A DNA stretch of 64,000 nucleotides, from contig JBGSMV010000029.1 of the NCBI GenBank assembly GCA_041739995.1, positions 64,001 to 128,000 on the forward strand, given 5' to 3'. The position numbers and the translations under genes were made by a program. The number at the start of each line of letters is the position of its first letter. Within the stretch, counting starts at the first letter, position 1. The notes under the pieces were generated by a model that was not told where the DNA came from, ran no database searches, and worked only from the letters and a program-made list of their open reading frames with translations. This document shows positions 19,228 through 29,091 of the stretch, piece after piece. Source of the stretch: Bdellovibrionota bacterium (GTDB lineage Bacteria > Bdellovibrionota_C > UBA2361 > JBGSMV01).

Positions 19228-19270
19228 TTAGTTAGAATAATTCTTCCTTCCGAGTTCTCGGTTCCCGCTC

Positions 19271-19570
19271 TTAGTACTCAAACACTATGGGCTCACAGTC
19301 TTTGCAGGTGAGAAGTACTGGCGAGATTGTCTTGCCGTTTGCCTTGATGATCATGAGTTCCATGCCCTTAGTAGACTCGATGCGGGCTTCAACTTTCGCA
19401 CCAGAAGCTCTCAGTACGTCAACTAACTCCAGCACAGCCATGATGTTTAGTCCTTGAGCCGAAACAGTGCTCGTGGCTCCTGGCTTGAGATCGATGTCGG
19501 GAGTTACTTGTGCCATCGCATTTCCAACAGCCAGTACCGAGATAACCAAGGCCACAATTAAACGCTTCAT
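19271..19570 (-). CDS. Small secreted hypothetical protein
   Basis: AAGGAAAG RBS, MKRLIVALVISVLAVGNAMA signal peptide, C-terminal CKDC. Confidence 0.65.
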   Translation of the reverse strand: MKRLIVALVISVLAVGNAMAQVTPDIDLKPGATSTVSAQGLNIMAVLELVDVLRASGAKVEARIESTKGMELMIIKANGKTISPVLLTCKDCEPIVFEY

Positions 19571-20070
19571 ATGCTTTCCTTTGTCTAAGTAAATCTGAGC
19601 CATTTGCTCTTAGATAAAGGTGTCGGAAAGCGTGCCGAACCCCTCGGTGCGAAAAGGCACAAGCGCCAGATATGTTGAGTAGGGATGGGCCAGCAAGAGG
19701 TGAGGTACGTGGCTAAGCCACTAAGAATATTAGAGGTAGTAACGGAGCTGTGGTGGGGACGCAGGGTAGCCCCGTTCCAAGGGCGGAAGCATCCCTCGTG
19801 GCAGTTATCGTCTCCCCAAGGTCTCTGAGGGAGAGGGAGTGCGGCTTAAGCACCTGGAAGGATTACGAATGTGGAGTAGCCCCGTTACAGCAGGGGAGCG
19901 ATATGAGTAGCGGCGCATATCGTGCGAAAAGTGAAGTGCAACACTCTCTGAACAAGGCGCATAACCTAAGGGCAATCGTTTCTTAGCGACCGTTTAGGGC
20001 AGGGGCCCTCTCATTTTCAGGAGATGGGGACGGTTGTTGTCGGTCAGGAAAAATGGAAGGGAAATAAGCT

Positions 20071-21294
20071 ATGGGACTCTCCAGCATTGCTCAGAATATG
20101 AAAGTGGCGGCGGCGGCGGCAAGTACCGCGTTAGCTGGTGTGTCTTTCGGTGGTAATCCCGGTGTCGATGATGCGCGTCGTGACGGCGCTGCCTCAAGCA
20201 TGACTTCCACCGTGGCCGATCGCCCCGCTCCAGCAGCAGGTGCGGCGCCAGATGCAGCTCCAAAGATAACCGCCCATGAAATGGTGGACGTGCAAGTCAG
20301 AGGTCCCGACGGGAACCCGGTAACAGTAAGGGTCTCCTCCCAACCACTTGCCACCGTTCAAGATGCTGACCGAGAACTACTGAGTTCTCTCGCCGGGGGT
20401 CCAAGCATTCGATCCAATCTTGGCATCGCGCTTGACAGAAAGTCGGCAGAAGGTTTCGCAAACGGGCGCCTCAGCGCCTGGGATGTAACTACCAACAGTC
20501 CAAGAATCATCGGTTCGCTTACTCAGCGTGGTCCTGAAATTTCGGCGGTGATCGATTCGCTGAAAGCTGAAGGGTATACCGGCGCGGCACTCGCTATGAC
20601 GCATGGATCGGAGCGAGGAGTTTTGTTGCTTGGCACAAAAGAGAACGGCGTGATGGCGCTTGCCTATGAGATTCCGTCGCTTCGAAGAGATGCACCAGGC
20701 ACGGATGCGAGAGATTCACTCCAATTTAAAGCACTGATGCCCGGAGTCCTTCGCGCCATGGTGCAGCAGAGCTTTGGTTTGGAAGTGGCACCCGGGGCGG
20801 CAGCTCCCACGATTGCAGTAGCGCCGGCACCAGCCGGGGCACCTCAAGCTGAACCAGCGCAACGCCGCGGTCGCGAAGCGGCTCAGCCGCCAGCAGTAGC
20901 TTCTCCCGAGGAGCTCTCAAGAGCGATCGCTGGTAGGTACGCCGAAAGATACAGTGACGCATTGGCTGGCAAAGAGCTCGCCAACGGAAACTGGCCGGTT
21001 GCATCGCTCAGAACGACCCAACGCTTGAAATGTGAGGGGTACCTTGCGGATGTTAGAGCGGTACAGCGCGGGACCGGAAACGACTTGAATGACGTAGAGG
21101 CCTCGATTAGAGCGGGAGTGGTGACGAACGAAGTCCGGATAGTTGCCGTTCGAATGGGAAGAAGTCCCGAAGAGGCAGCTAATTTGCAGTTCACAGATCT
21201 TTCTACCCTTGAGACGGATGTTGACAGGCTTCGCATCCTGGCTGCGGCTCGAGTTGGTGAGTATACCCGCAAGATTAGCGATCTCAGGCGCTAG
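20071..21294 (+). CDS. Hypothetical Ala/Pro-rich protein
   Basis: 407-aa ATG ORF with purine-rich RBS; no recognised domain. Confidence 0.6.
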   Translation: MGLSSIAQNMKVAAAAASTALAGVSFGGNPGVDDARRDGAASSMTSTVADRPAPAAGAAPDAAPKITAHEMVDVQVRGPDGNPVTVRVSSQPLATVQDADRELLSSLAGGPSIRSNLGIALDRKSAEGFANGRLSAWDVTTNSPRIIGSLTQRGPEISAVIDSLKAEGYTGAALAMTHGSERGVLLLGTKENGVMALAYEIPSLRRDAPGTDARDSLQFKALMPGVLRAMVQQSFGLEVAPGAAAPTIAVAPAPAGAPQAEPAQRRGREAAQPPAVASPEELSRAIAGRYAERYSDALAGKELANGNWPVASLRTTQRLKCEGYLADVRAVQRGTGNDLNDVEASIRAGVVTNEVRIVAVRMGRSPEEAANLQFTDLSTLETDVDRLRILAAARVGEYTRKISDLRR

Positions 21295-21340
21295 AATACC
21301 AGTTTAAGCTTGATCCTTGGCGCTCTAGGAGAGTATTCAC

Positions 21341-23374
21341 GTGTTCATGATGACACGTAGAAATTGCACTCTCATCGAAGCTCCGGTTACCTTCGTATTA
21401 TCAGCGCTGCTGTTCCCTGCGATGTTAGGGGCAATATGCTCGGCTCTTGCTCCAGAACTTCTGGCCGAAGAACCACGTGCAAAAACAATCGTGGTCTTCG
21501 ATGCCTCAGGCAGCATGTGGGGTCAGGTCAAAGGGCAGCCCAAAATCTCTATCGCAAAAGAAGTAGTGAGCGATCTGGTTGACGACTGGGATCCTCAAAT
21601 CGAACTTGGGCTGATCGCATACGGTCACCGCTCGAAAGATGACTGCGCAGACATTGAGTCTCTTATTCCAGTCGGAAAAATTCAGAAAGAACGCATGTCA
21701 AAGGTCGTTGGTGGAATAAACGCCAAGGGCATGACGCCACTGACTGAGTCGGTTGTGCGTGCCGCCAATGAGCTTAAATTTTCCGAGAACAAAGCGACCG
21801 TCATTCTGGTAAGTGACGGCATTGAAACCTGCGGCAAAGATCCCTGCAAAATTTCTAAGGAACTTGAGGCCAAAGGAATTGATTTTACTGCGCATGTAAT
21901 TGCATTCGATGTGGGCAAGGAAAGCGATCGTGCAAAACTAAAGTGCATAGCCGACAATACCGGCGGAAAGTTTTTGCTTGCTAGTGACGCCGCATCACTT
22001 CGCGAGTCCATCAGCGAAGCTATCACCGAAGTCGCCAAGAGCGGCGCGAACGTAGAGCTCGTTGCAGTATTCGAGAAGGGCGGAACTCCCGTTGAAAACG
22101 TGCGTTGGGAAGTCACCTCGAAACCCCAGTCCGAAATCAGCAAGGGTAAGGTAGTTCGTTACGGCGGCGGATTTCAGCCGCAGTACGAGATGGAGCCAGG
22201 AGAATATGTTGCGCGCGTTGTTTCTCATAAAGGAAAGGCAACTGCCGAGCAGGCCTTTATCGTGCCCGAAGAAGGCCTGACGAAGGTAGAGGTGCTTTTT
22301 CCTCAGGAGGGGCGAGTGGCACTCAAAGCGGTGAATACCGCCGGTGGAGAAGCGGTCAGTGACGTTCGCTGGGAAGTGCTCGCGGTGCCTAAGAACGAAA
22401 TGGATAAGCCTACCACCGTTACCTACGGTGGAGGTATTACTCCCGAGTACCAACTTCTTCCCGGTCGCTATATTGCAAAGGTTACCGCTCAGAAAGGGCA
22501 GGCCACTGCTCAGCAGGAATTTGAAGTTCAACCCGGAAAGGTAACTAACCAAGAAGTTCTTCTTAGTGAGGAGGGTCAGGTAGTGCTGCACGCAGTGCAC
22601 CAAGCTGGCAGTGATCCAGTGGAGGAGGTGCGCTGGGAGGTGCTTGCCGCAGCGACTTCAGATCTCGATAAGCCCAAAGTAGTAAAGTATGGCGGTGGCG
22701 CGACGCCGCGTTACCAGCTGCTTCCGGGAAAATATATTGCACGAGCGACGTCACTGAAAGGCGAAGCGACGGCTGAGGGTGAATTCGAAGTGCAACCAGG
22801 AAAACTACTGACTCACGAAGTGCTGATGCCACAAGAAGGAATTCTTAAACTAGCGGGTGTTCACGCTCCCGGTGGCACCCCTGTAGAAGATCTGCAATGG
22901 CAGGTCTATTCAATTGAAGAGGATTCGCTTCGAGCGCCGAAACTGGTTAAGTACGGCGGGGGCAATCAGCCCGAATATCAACTTCTTCCCGGCAAATATT
23001 CGGTCAAAGTCAAAAGTGCCAAGGGCATGGCTGAAGCTCAGTCCGAAGCAGTGGTAGAACCAGGCAAGCGGTTGCGTTTTGAAGTGACGCTACCTCAAGA
23101 AGGAGCAGTCGAGCTTGTTGCAGTGGGTTCTCAAGGAGGAGCCGAGATCGAAGGAGTGCGCTGGGAGTTGTTTCCGGTCCTTGAGGACGAGATGAAAACT
23201 CCGAAAGTTTTAAGGTATTGGTCCGGGAATGGGAAACGTCAGCAGGTACTTCCTGGGAAATATCTTGCAAAATTGACACTTAAAGATCGTCGAGTGGTTG
23301 AGCAAGAGGTAACGGTAGAACCCGGAAAGCTGGCGAAGCAGGAAGTGGTGGTGTCGGATGTTTCTGCTGGATAG
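21341..23374 (+). CDS. Secreted vWA-domain protein with five tandem ~89-aa beta-sandwich repeats
   Basis: MIDAS DASGSM, LVSDGIETC; repeats VRWEV...YGGG..P.Y.LLPGKY...V.PGK. Confidence 0.85.
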   Translation: MFMMTRRNCTLIEAPVTFVLSALLFPAMLGAICSALAPELLAEEPRAKTIVVFDASGSMWGQVKGQPKISIAKEVVSDLVDDWDPQIELGLIAYGHRSKDDCADIESLIPVGKIQKERMSKVVGGINAKGMTPLTESVVRAANELKFSENKATVILVSDGIETCGKDPCKISKELEAKGIDFTAHVIAFDVGKESDRAKLKCIADNTGGKFLLASDAASLRESISEAITEVAKSGANVELVAVFEKGGTPVENVRWEVTSKPQSEISKGKVVRYGGGFQPQYEMEPGEYVARVVSHKGKATAEQAFIVPEEGLTKVEVLFPQEGRVALKAVNTAGGEAVSDVRWEVLAVPKNEMDKPTTVTYGGGITPEYQLLPGRYIAKVTAQKGQATAQQEFEVQPGKVTNQEVLLSEEGQVVLHAVHQAGSDPVEEVRWEVLAAATSDLDKPKVVKYGGGATPRYQLLPGKYIARATSLKGEATAEGEFEVQPGKLLTHEVLMPQEGILKLAGVHAPGGTPVEDLQWQVYSIEEDSLRAPKLVKYGGGNQPEYQLLPGKYSVKVKSAKGMAEAQSEAVVEPGKRLRFEVTLPQEGAVELVAVGSQGGAEIEGVRWELFPVLEDEMKTPKVLRYWSGNGKRQQVLPGKYLAKLTLKDRRVVEQEVTVEPGKLAKQEVVVSDVSAG

Positions 23375-23407
23375 CTGCGCGCATCTAGGTATTGTGCGCT
23401 ATTTTGT

Positions 23408-23495
23408 TTTTGCCACAGGGGTCACGGAGGTACACAGAGGAGAAGAGGGTCTAACTCCTACCTCTGTGCCCCCCCCTGAGTCCTCTGTGGTGAAA
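23408..23495. repeat. Family C REP-like hairpin, copy 1
   Basis: GCCACAG..GGAGGTACACAGAGG ... CCTCTGTG..CCTCTGTGGTGAAA; shares GGAGGTACACAGAGGA with the copy at 32332. Confidence 0.7.
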
Positions 23496-23541
23496 CTTCC
23501 TCGCGCGTTATCGTGCCATTCATGTGAGCCGCGAGCTAAAT

Positions 23542-24435
23542 TTAGAGTGCCTTCGCGGACCTCAGGTGCTCTGCCACTCCCAAAAACTGCCGCATCATAC
23601 CCGGATTATGAGTGCGCACGATTCTGGCGCCGTGCGACACTGCATGGAGTGCGGTTAGCTGCGAAATGGGGTCGCGTTCCTTTAGCGATCCTCCCAGAAA
23701 TCCCTTTCGGGAGGTGGCAATACAAACAGGAAACGGAGCCAGCATCCGACACAAGCGCTCAAAGTTCTGTAGTAGTTGCCATGAATACTTCGGATCATGG
23801 CTGATGAAGCGCCCCATGCCGGGGTCAAGTAAAATTCGATTTTCCTTCACGCCGGCATGAATGGCGACCTGCGCTTGAGTAAGCAGGAACTCTGATATTT
23901 CAGACACGACATCGTCGTAATCTTTTTTTGATTCTGAAACATGAGGAGCACTGCCTGGCTCTTTGGAATGCATCAGCAGGAGGTAGGTGCCGTAGGTAGC
24001 CGCTAGTCCTGCTATGGCAGGATCGGCGCGCAGAGCAGACACGTCGTTGATGATGGCTGCACCAAGATCTAAACATCGACGCGCGATTTCACTCTTAAAG
24101 GTATCAATCGATATAATAGGAACGGGTCTATTTGGGTCGGATGATTGAGAAGTAGATCCCATGAACGAGCGAATAGTTGGTGCAAGACGTTGCCACTCTT
24201 GCTCAAGCAAAACCGGAGTAGCGCCTGGCGCAGTCGATTCGGCCCCAATATCAACAATGTCTGAACCTTGTTCTATCAGTTCCCCAAGTCTGGAGCGCGC
24301 GTCGACAGGTCCTGAATACTCTCCTCCGTCGCTGAATGAATCAGGGGTAAGGTTTAGCACGCCCATAACGAGCACTGGCTTAGTGGTCAGGAGATGCTCA
24401 AGACGCTGAATTTTAGAGTTCCCTGTAACGCTCAC
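23542..24435 (-). CDS. folP: Dihydropteroate synthase
   Basis: MGVLNLTPDSFSDGG, DIGAESTAPG, ISIDT, INDVS, LDPG, SRKGF, IVRTH. Confidence 0.95.
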   Translation of the reverse strand: MSVTGNSKIQRLEHLLTTKPVLVMGVLNLTPDSFSDGGEYSGPVDARSRLGELIEQGSDIVDIGAESTAPGATPVLLEQEWQRLAPTIRSFMGSTSQSSDPNRPVPIISIDTFKSEIARRCLDLGAAIINDVSALRADPAIAGLAATYGTYLLLMHSKEPGSAPHVSESKKDYDDVVSEISEFLLTQAQVAIHAGVKENRILLDPGMGRFISHDPKYSWQLLQNFERLCRMLAPFPVCIATSRKGFLGGSLKERDPISQLTALHAVSHGARIVRTHNPGMMRQFLGVAEHLRSAKAL

Positions 24436-24603
24436 CGCTGTTCTAAGACCTCCTTTCGCTGGAAATTAGCCACGGCAATAAGCGAGCACGGGGCTGAAGC
24501 TTTGCCGCAATGTGATGATTGATTGCGGCTAATGGTTTAGCTAGTTTCGGAGGGAATAAGAAGGGGCCATTCGCTATAGAAGCCCTAGCTGGAAAAGATT
24601 CGT

Positions 24604-25728
24604 ATGGATTTAGGTGCGCAACTCTCGGCCGAAGGGCTTGAGGTGCTTCAAAAGAAGATAGATGAAAGCTGCCGGAGCGCACAGACTGCCGCCGATGTAG
24701 ATCTGTTGCGCCGAGATCTGCTGGGGAAAGAAGGCACGCTCAAAGTGCTCTTTCAAAAGCTTCGAGAAGTCCCTGCCGACCAGAAGCCAGTCGTGGCCCA
24801 GAAGATCAATGAGCTCAAAGCGCAAGTCGAGGCATTCTTCGCTGCTAAGGACGGAGAGTCGGCTTCGAAGGGGCGCTCTGACGCACTGCGTGCGCAGTAC
24901 ATAGACACCTCCTTGCCTGGCGTGTCGCCCGGCATTGGACGCATTCATCCGATCACGCAGGTGGAGCGACAAATTGCAGCGCTCTTAAAGCCTTTCGGCT
25001 TTAGTAATGTGCCAGGACCTGAAGTAGAGACTGAGTACTACTGCTTTGATTCCTTAAACATTCCTCCCCATCATCCGGCGCGAGACATGCAAGATACCTT
25101 CTATGTCGATGCGGGCGACCTATGGGGCGCGGACAAAGAAGCACCGGCAAGGGACTCAAGGCCGATTTCTGGAGTGCTGCACCTGCTGCGTACCCACACT
25201 ACCTCAGTGCAAGCGCGCACTCTTGAGCTGGCCAGCAAGGAAGCAAAAGGTGGGGTGCCCGTGCGCGTCGCTTCATTCGGGCGAGTGTATCGCAATGAGA
25301 CCGAGGATGCCTCGCATCAGGCTATGTTTCATCAGTTCGAATTGGTGTGGCTCGACAAGGGGCTCACGCTCTCACACTTGATGGCGCTCATTACTCATAT
25401 TCTTAAAGGGCTGTACGGGAAGAGGCGAAAGGTTCGATTTGTACCGAAGTTTTATCCGTACACGGAGCCAAGTATCGGACCTCAGATTGATTGTTCCATT
25501 TGCCACGGAACTGGATGCGGCGCCTGTGGTGGTTCGGGCTGGGTCACTATTGCAGGAGCCGGCATGGTGCATCGCAATGTGTTAACCGAGTTCGGTTACG
25601 ACCCGAACGAGGTGTCGGGATTTGCCTTCGGACTCGGGACCTCTCGGCTGGCGTGTCAGCTGTGCGGGCTGCCGAACTTGAAGATGGCTTACGAGAACGA
25701 TTTGCGAGTCTATAAAGCGTTGCCCTAG
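24604..25728 (+). CDS. pheS: Phenylalanyl-tRNA synthetase alpha subunit
   Basis: HPARDMQDTFY, LLRTHT, GRVYR, FHQ.E, TEPS, GFAFGLG. Confidence 0.95.
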   Translation: MDLGAQLSAEGLEVLQKKIDESCRSAQTAADVDLLRRDLLGKEGTLKVLFQKLREVPADQKPVVAQKINELKAQVEAFFAAKDGESASKGRSDALRAQYIDTSLPGVSPGIGRIHPITQVERQIAALLKPFGFSNVPGPEVETEYYCFDSLNIPPHHPARDMQDTFYVDAGDLWGADKEAPARDSRPISGVLHLLRTHTTSVQARTLELASKEAKGGVPVRVASFGRVYRNETEDASHQAMFHQFELVWLDKGLTLSHLMALITHILKGLYGKRRKVRFVPKFYPYTEPSIGPQIDCSICHGTGCGACGGSGWVTIAGAGMVHRNVLTEFGYDPNEVSGFAFGLGTSRLACQLCGLPNLKMAYENDLRVYKALP

Positions 25729-25771
25729 GGTAGACGTAAACACGCGGAAGAACGAAAGGGATATCACGGTC

Positions 25772-27871
25772 ATGAAGTTGCATGTTTCTTTACTTGCGAA
25801 ATGTATTGAGCTTCCAAGCTCGGTCATCACTGAATTGCGTCATGTGCTTGACGATCTTGGGCTTGAGGTCAAAGACGTCGAGGGAGAAGGTGCGAGTGCT
25901 GTCTTTAATCTAGAGACCTTGGCGAACCGCGGTGATCACCTCTTTGCGCTCGGAGTCGCTCGTGAATTGTCGGCACGCTATCTATCGCCCATTAAACATC
26001 CCAGCATGGTGCCGGCATTTCAGGATTTAAAGCCGAGCCTGCCCGTGCGCAGATTGACTGAAGCCTGCTCGCGCTATGCACTGCTAGAAGTCGAGCTCCC
26101 CAAAAACATGGTAATTCGGCCTGATGTCAGAGCGATTATGTATGCGGCGGGCCAGTCGGGGGTGGCGGGAGAATCCAATAAACCAGCGATAGTGGACACC
26201 TTGAACTTCGTGCAGCTTGAGCTTGGGCAACCGATGCATGCCTTTGATCGGGAGAAGATTGACGGTGAAATTATAATTGAGCTCACTCAAGGCAAGGAGA
26301 CGATTGAAGCCCTCGATGGAAATTCATATCAGGTTCCCCCAGGCGCCATAATCATTAAAGATCGCAAGAAAATAGTCGCGGTAGCGGGAGTTATTGGCTG
26401 TTCCAATAGCATGGTCTCGTCTTCGACCACCCGAGTGTTGCTTGAGTCTGCTTGTTTTGACCCGGTGCATGTGCGTAAGACCGCTCGCGCTATGGGTTTA
26501 AGCACTGATGCGTCTTATGCCTTCGAGCGCGGCAGTGACGTGGAGATGGTGGTTCCCGCATTACGGCGAGTAGTTTTTCTTGCCGGCGGAGCTGGCGGCG
26601 CCATAAAGGAGGAAGCGGGAGCACATGTAATTGGCTTGACCATTGCTGATGCGCCACAGAAGGAGCGCCATAAGATCCCGCTTTCAATTAAAGAGATTCG
26701 AAATCAGATGAATCTGCCGCGCCTTTCGGACGTGGAGATTGTAACCAGGTTAAAACACCTTGGGTTTTTGATTGAACCTGGTGTCGCCGAGGGCGATCAG
26801 TTTGCGGTCGTTCCGTCCTGGCGTGTTTGGGACATTCGTAACGCGGAAGATATAGTCGAAGAAGTAGTGCGCTGTTTCGGACTCTCACGGGTGAAGCAGG
26901 AGCTTCCGCCACTGGCATACGAGGTGCCAGAGGCTCCTGCGCTTGAGCAGTTAGTGGCGAAGCTCGAGCCGCTTTTGCTTGGACAAGGGTTCTTTGAGGT
27001 GATGACCCGCAGCTACTACTCGGCCGAGGTAGCCGGGTACTTAGAGAAAGTAGCGGGGAAACGCCTTCCTACTCATGTGCGTATCAACAACGCACTGGAG
27101 AAGGGCTATTCCCATCTTAAGGTCACTAACCTGGTGCATTTGGCGGAGCTGGTTGAGGAAAATCAGAAACACGGAGTGCGCGGCAGCAGGGTCTTTGAAA
27201 TTGGGAGACTATTCTCTCCAGACTTTGCTGAGAAGGACGGCTACGCCTTTGAGCGTGAGGTGATTTCTCTCGCCTGCGCAGGTCGCTGGTCTGATAATGA
27301 ATGGCGTAAGCCTGAATCGCTTGAGCAGCGGGTGCAGCTTTTTCGCGGAGTGCTCGACGGTTTAGTCGGTGCGGTCGGACAAGGGGTTTCTGTTTCCGAG
27401 TCGGATGAGCCTCTGTTGCATCCAGGCGTGCAAGGTAGCTTGAAGTCGGGGAGAAGTATCTGCGGCCATTTCGGACTTATACATCCTGAGCTTGCCGCGT
27501 TGTTGGGTTTAAAACAGCCGGTGCTCTACGCCGAGCTTGAAGCCTCTGTGCTTGGGCGTGTCAGCGGGGAAAGAAGTTTCGAGCTACCGTCGGATTTTCC
27601 TTCAGTGAAACGTGACATCACCCTGAAAATTCCTTTGAGAGATCGCGTCGGACGAGTGGAGCGCCTCATCTCGGAAGCTAAACTTCAGAACCTTTTTGAA
27701 GTGTCTGTGGCGGATGACTTTAGAAAGGAAGGGGAAGAATTTCGACGTGCCACGTTCCGACTCGTTTTTCAGAGTCGCGAACGAACCCTTTCTCATCCGG
27801 AAGTTGATGCGGGAATGGAACAGCTACTGGCTAGCCTCAAAGAGAAGCATCAGCTTGAACTTGCCGTTTGA
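25772..27871 (+). CDS. pheT: Phenylalanyl-tRNA synthetase beta subunit, short form without B2 OB domain
   Basis: NRGD..GVARE, GQPMHAFD, ASYAFERG, DIVEEV, C-terminal FDX-ACB (RDIT..ERTLS). Confidence 0.92.
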   Translation: MKLHVSLLAKCIELPSSVITELRHVLDDLGLEVKDVEGEGASAVFNLETLANRGDHLFALGVARELSARYLSPIKHPSMVPAFQDLKPSLPVRRLTEACSRYALLEVELPKNMVIRPDVRAIMYAAGQSGVAGESNKPAIVDTLNFVQLELGQPMHAFDREKIDGEIIIELTQGKETIEALDGNSYQVPPGAIIIKDRKKIVAVAGVIGCSNSMVSSSTTRVLLESACFDPVHVRKTARAMGLSTDASYAFERGSDVEMVVPALRRVVFLAGGAGGAIKEEAGAHVIGLTIADAPQKERHKIPLSIKEIRNQMNLPRLSDVEIVTRLKHLGFLIEPGVAEGDQFAVVPSWRVWDIRNAEDIVEEVVRCFGLSRVKQELPPLAYEVPEAPALEQLVAKLEPLLLGQGFFEVMTRSYYSAEVAGYLEKVAGKRLPTHVRINNALEKGYSHLKVTNLVHLAELVEENQKHGVRGSRVFEIGRLFSPDFAEKDGYAFEREVISLACAGRWSDNEWRKPESLEQRVQLFRGVLDGLVGAVGQGVSVSESDEPLLHPGVQGSLKSGRSICGHFGLIHPELAALLGLKQPVLYAELEASVLGRVSGERSFELPSDFPSVKRDITLKIPLRDRVGRVERLISEAKLQNLFEVSVADDFRKEGEEFRRATFRLVFQSRERTLSHPEVDAGMEQLLASLKEKHQLELAV

Positions 27872-27923
27872 CGGACGCCTAAGAGAATAATCCTCTTAAC
27901 TAACCTGCTTTCATTACTATTTT

Positions 27924-28208
27924 ATGACGCATCAGGCAGTTCTGGTTCGTATAGTGGGGAGAGTCCAAGGGGTAGGCTATAGGAACTGGACCTGCGTGCG
28001 CGCTCGCGAGCTAAAGATTTGCGGGTGGGTCAGGAACTGTGCTGATGGTAGTGTGGAAGCTCTACTCTCAGGAAGCGAGACGGCAGTAAGTTGCTTGCTC
28101 GAGGAACTGAAGGTTGGGCCTCAGTACGCCGTGGTTGAGAGAGTTGAGCAGGCTCTAGCCACCGAGCCGTTTGATGAGAAGCGATTTGCGGTGCTTGAGA
28201 CTTGCTAG
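27924..28208 (+). CDS. acyP: Acylphosphatase
   Basis: GRVQGVGYR, GWVRN..DGSVE. Confidence 0.92.
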   Translation: MTHQAVLVRIVGRVQGVGYRNWTCVRARELKICGWVRNCADGSVEALLSGSETAVSCLLEELKVGPQYAVVERVEQALATEPFDEKRFAVLETC

Positions 28209-28362
28209 TGGCCTGGGATAAGAGTTCGGTGAATAATTGTCGCCGCGCTCGCTGAGCTCTTTGCGAATATATTTAGTGAATTACACAATGAGTCCAGCGA
28301 GAATGAGTCCAGCGAGAACAGCGAGGAAAAAACTTAGACGAACTTCTGACTCAGGACGCTAG
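28205..28362 (+). mobile_element. Family A CTAG-bounded palindromic MITE-like element, copy 1 (internal 15-nt duplication)
   Basis: CTAGTGGCCTG...ACTCAGGACGCTAG; left CTAG contains the acyP stop; aligns with four other copies. Confidence 0.8.
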
Positions 28363-28490
28363 GGATGCTTCCTGTGAGAGGATGTCGCCTTTTGATTGCG
28401 GTGGTCTTGTGCCACGTGACAGGATAATAGCCTAGTGGTGCAGTCGCCTGTAGTGGGAAGTGGGCCAGTTAAAGTGAGAGCGGAGGTAGT

Positions 28491-28988
28491 ATGGCAAAAG
28501 AAATAGTCACAGGAGATTCAGTCGTATCAATCCACTACACCTTGCGAGGTGAGGATAAGGAAGTGATTGATTCCTCCGACGGCGGAGAGCCGTTGGTGTA
28601 CCTTCACGGGCGTAGCCAAATTATTCCTGGGCTCGAACGTGAGCTCGACGGAAAGAAAGTGGGGGATGCGCTTAAAGTCGAAGTGGCCCCCGCTGAAGGC
28701 TATGGAGAATACGATGAGTCGCTAAAGATTAGCGTCGAGCGCGGCCAATTTCCCAAGGGTGCTGAAATCAAAGAAGGTTCAATGTTTGAGCTGGCCAATG
28801 ATGCCGGCGGTAGTCTGGTGGTGCGCGTGATTGGGGTGACTGACGAGAGTGTTGAAGTTGACGGTAATCACCCACTCGCAGGGCAGAAGCTATTCTTTGA
28901 GGTAAAGTTGGTAGATATACGGAAAGCGACGGCAGATGAAATTGAGCATGGCCATGCTCATGGGCCTGGTGGGCATCATCACGATTAG
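28491..28988 (+). CDS. slyD: FKBP-type peptidyl-prolyl isomerase SlyD
   Basis: VVSIHYTL, YLHG..QIIPGLE, VDGNHPLAG, His-rich tail. Confidence 0.95.
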   Translation: MAKEIVTGDSVVSIHYTLRGEDKEVIDSSDGGEPLVYLHGRSQIIPGLERELDGKKVGDALKVEVAPAEGYGEYDESLKISVERGQFPKGAEIKEGSMFELANDAGGSLVVRVIGVTDESVEVDGNHPLAGQKLFFEVKLVDIRKATADEIEHGHAHGPGGHHHD

Positions 28989-29091
28989 CGACCGTCTCTC
29001 CGGAAGATTTGCCCGGGAAGTGTGACAGGAAAGGTTTTCTCGATCTTAGTGTTTAGACCCCGGGCTCAGGAATTTCATAACGTCGAGAGGT

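Noticed and set aside
19740..19890. Structured RNA or repeat (GTAGCCCCGTT twice)
   Set aside because: Only an 11-nt direct repeat, with no recognisable riboswitch or ncRNA motif.
25489..25530. Four-Cys motif CSICHGTGCGAC in PheS as a novelty
   Set aside because: This zinc-binding insert is common in PheS from many bacterial phyla.
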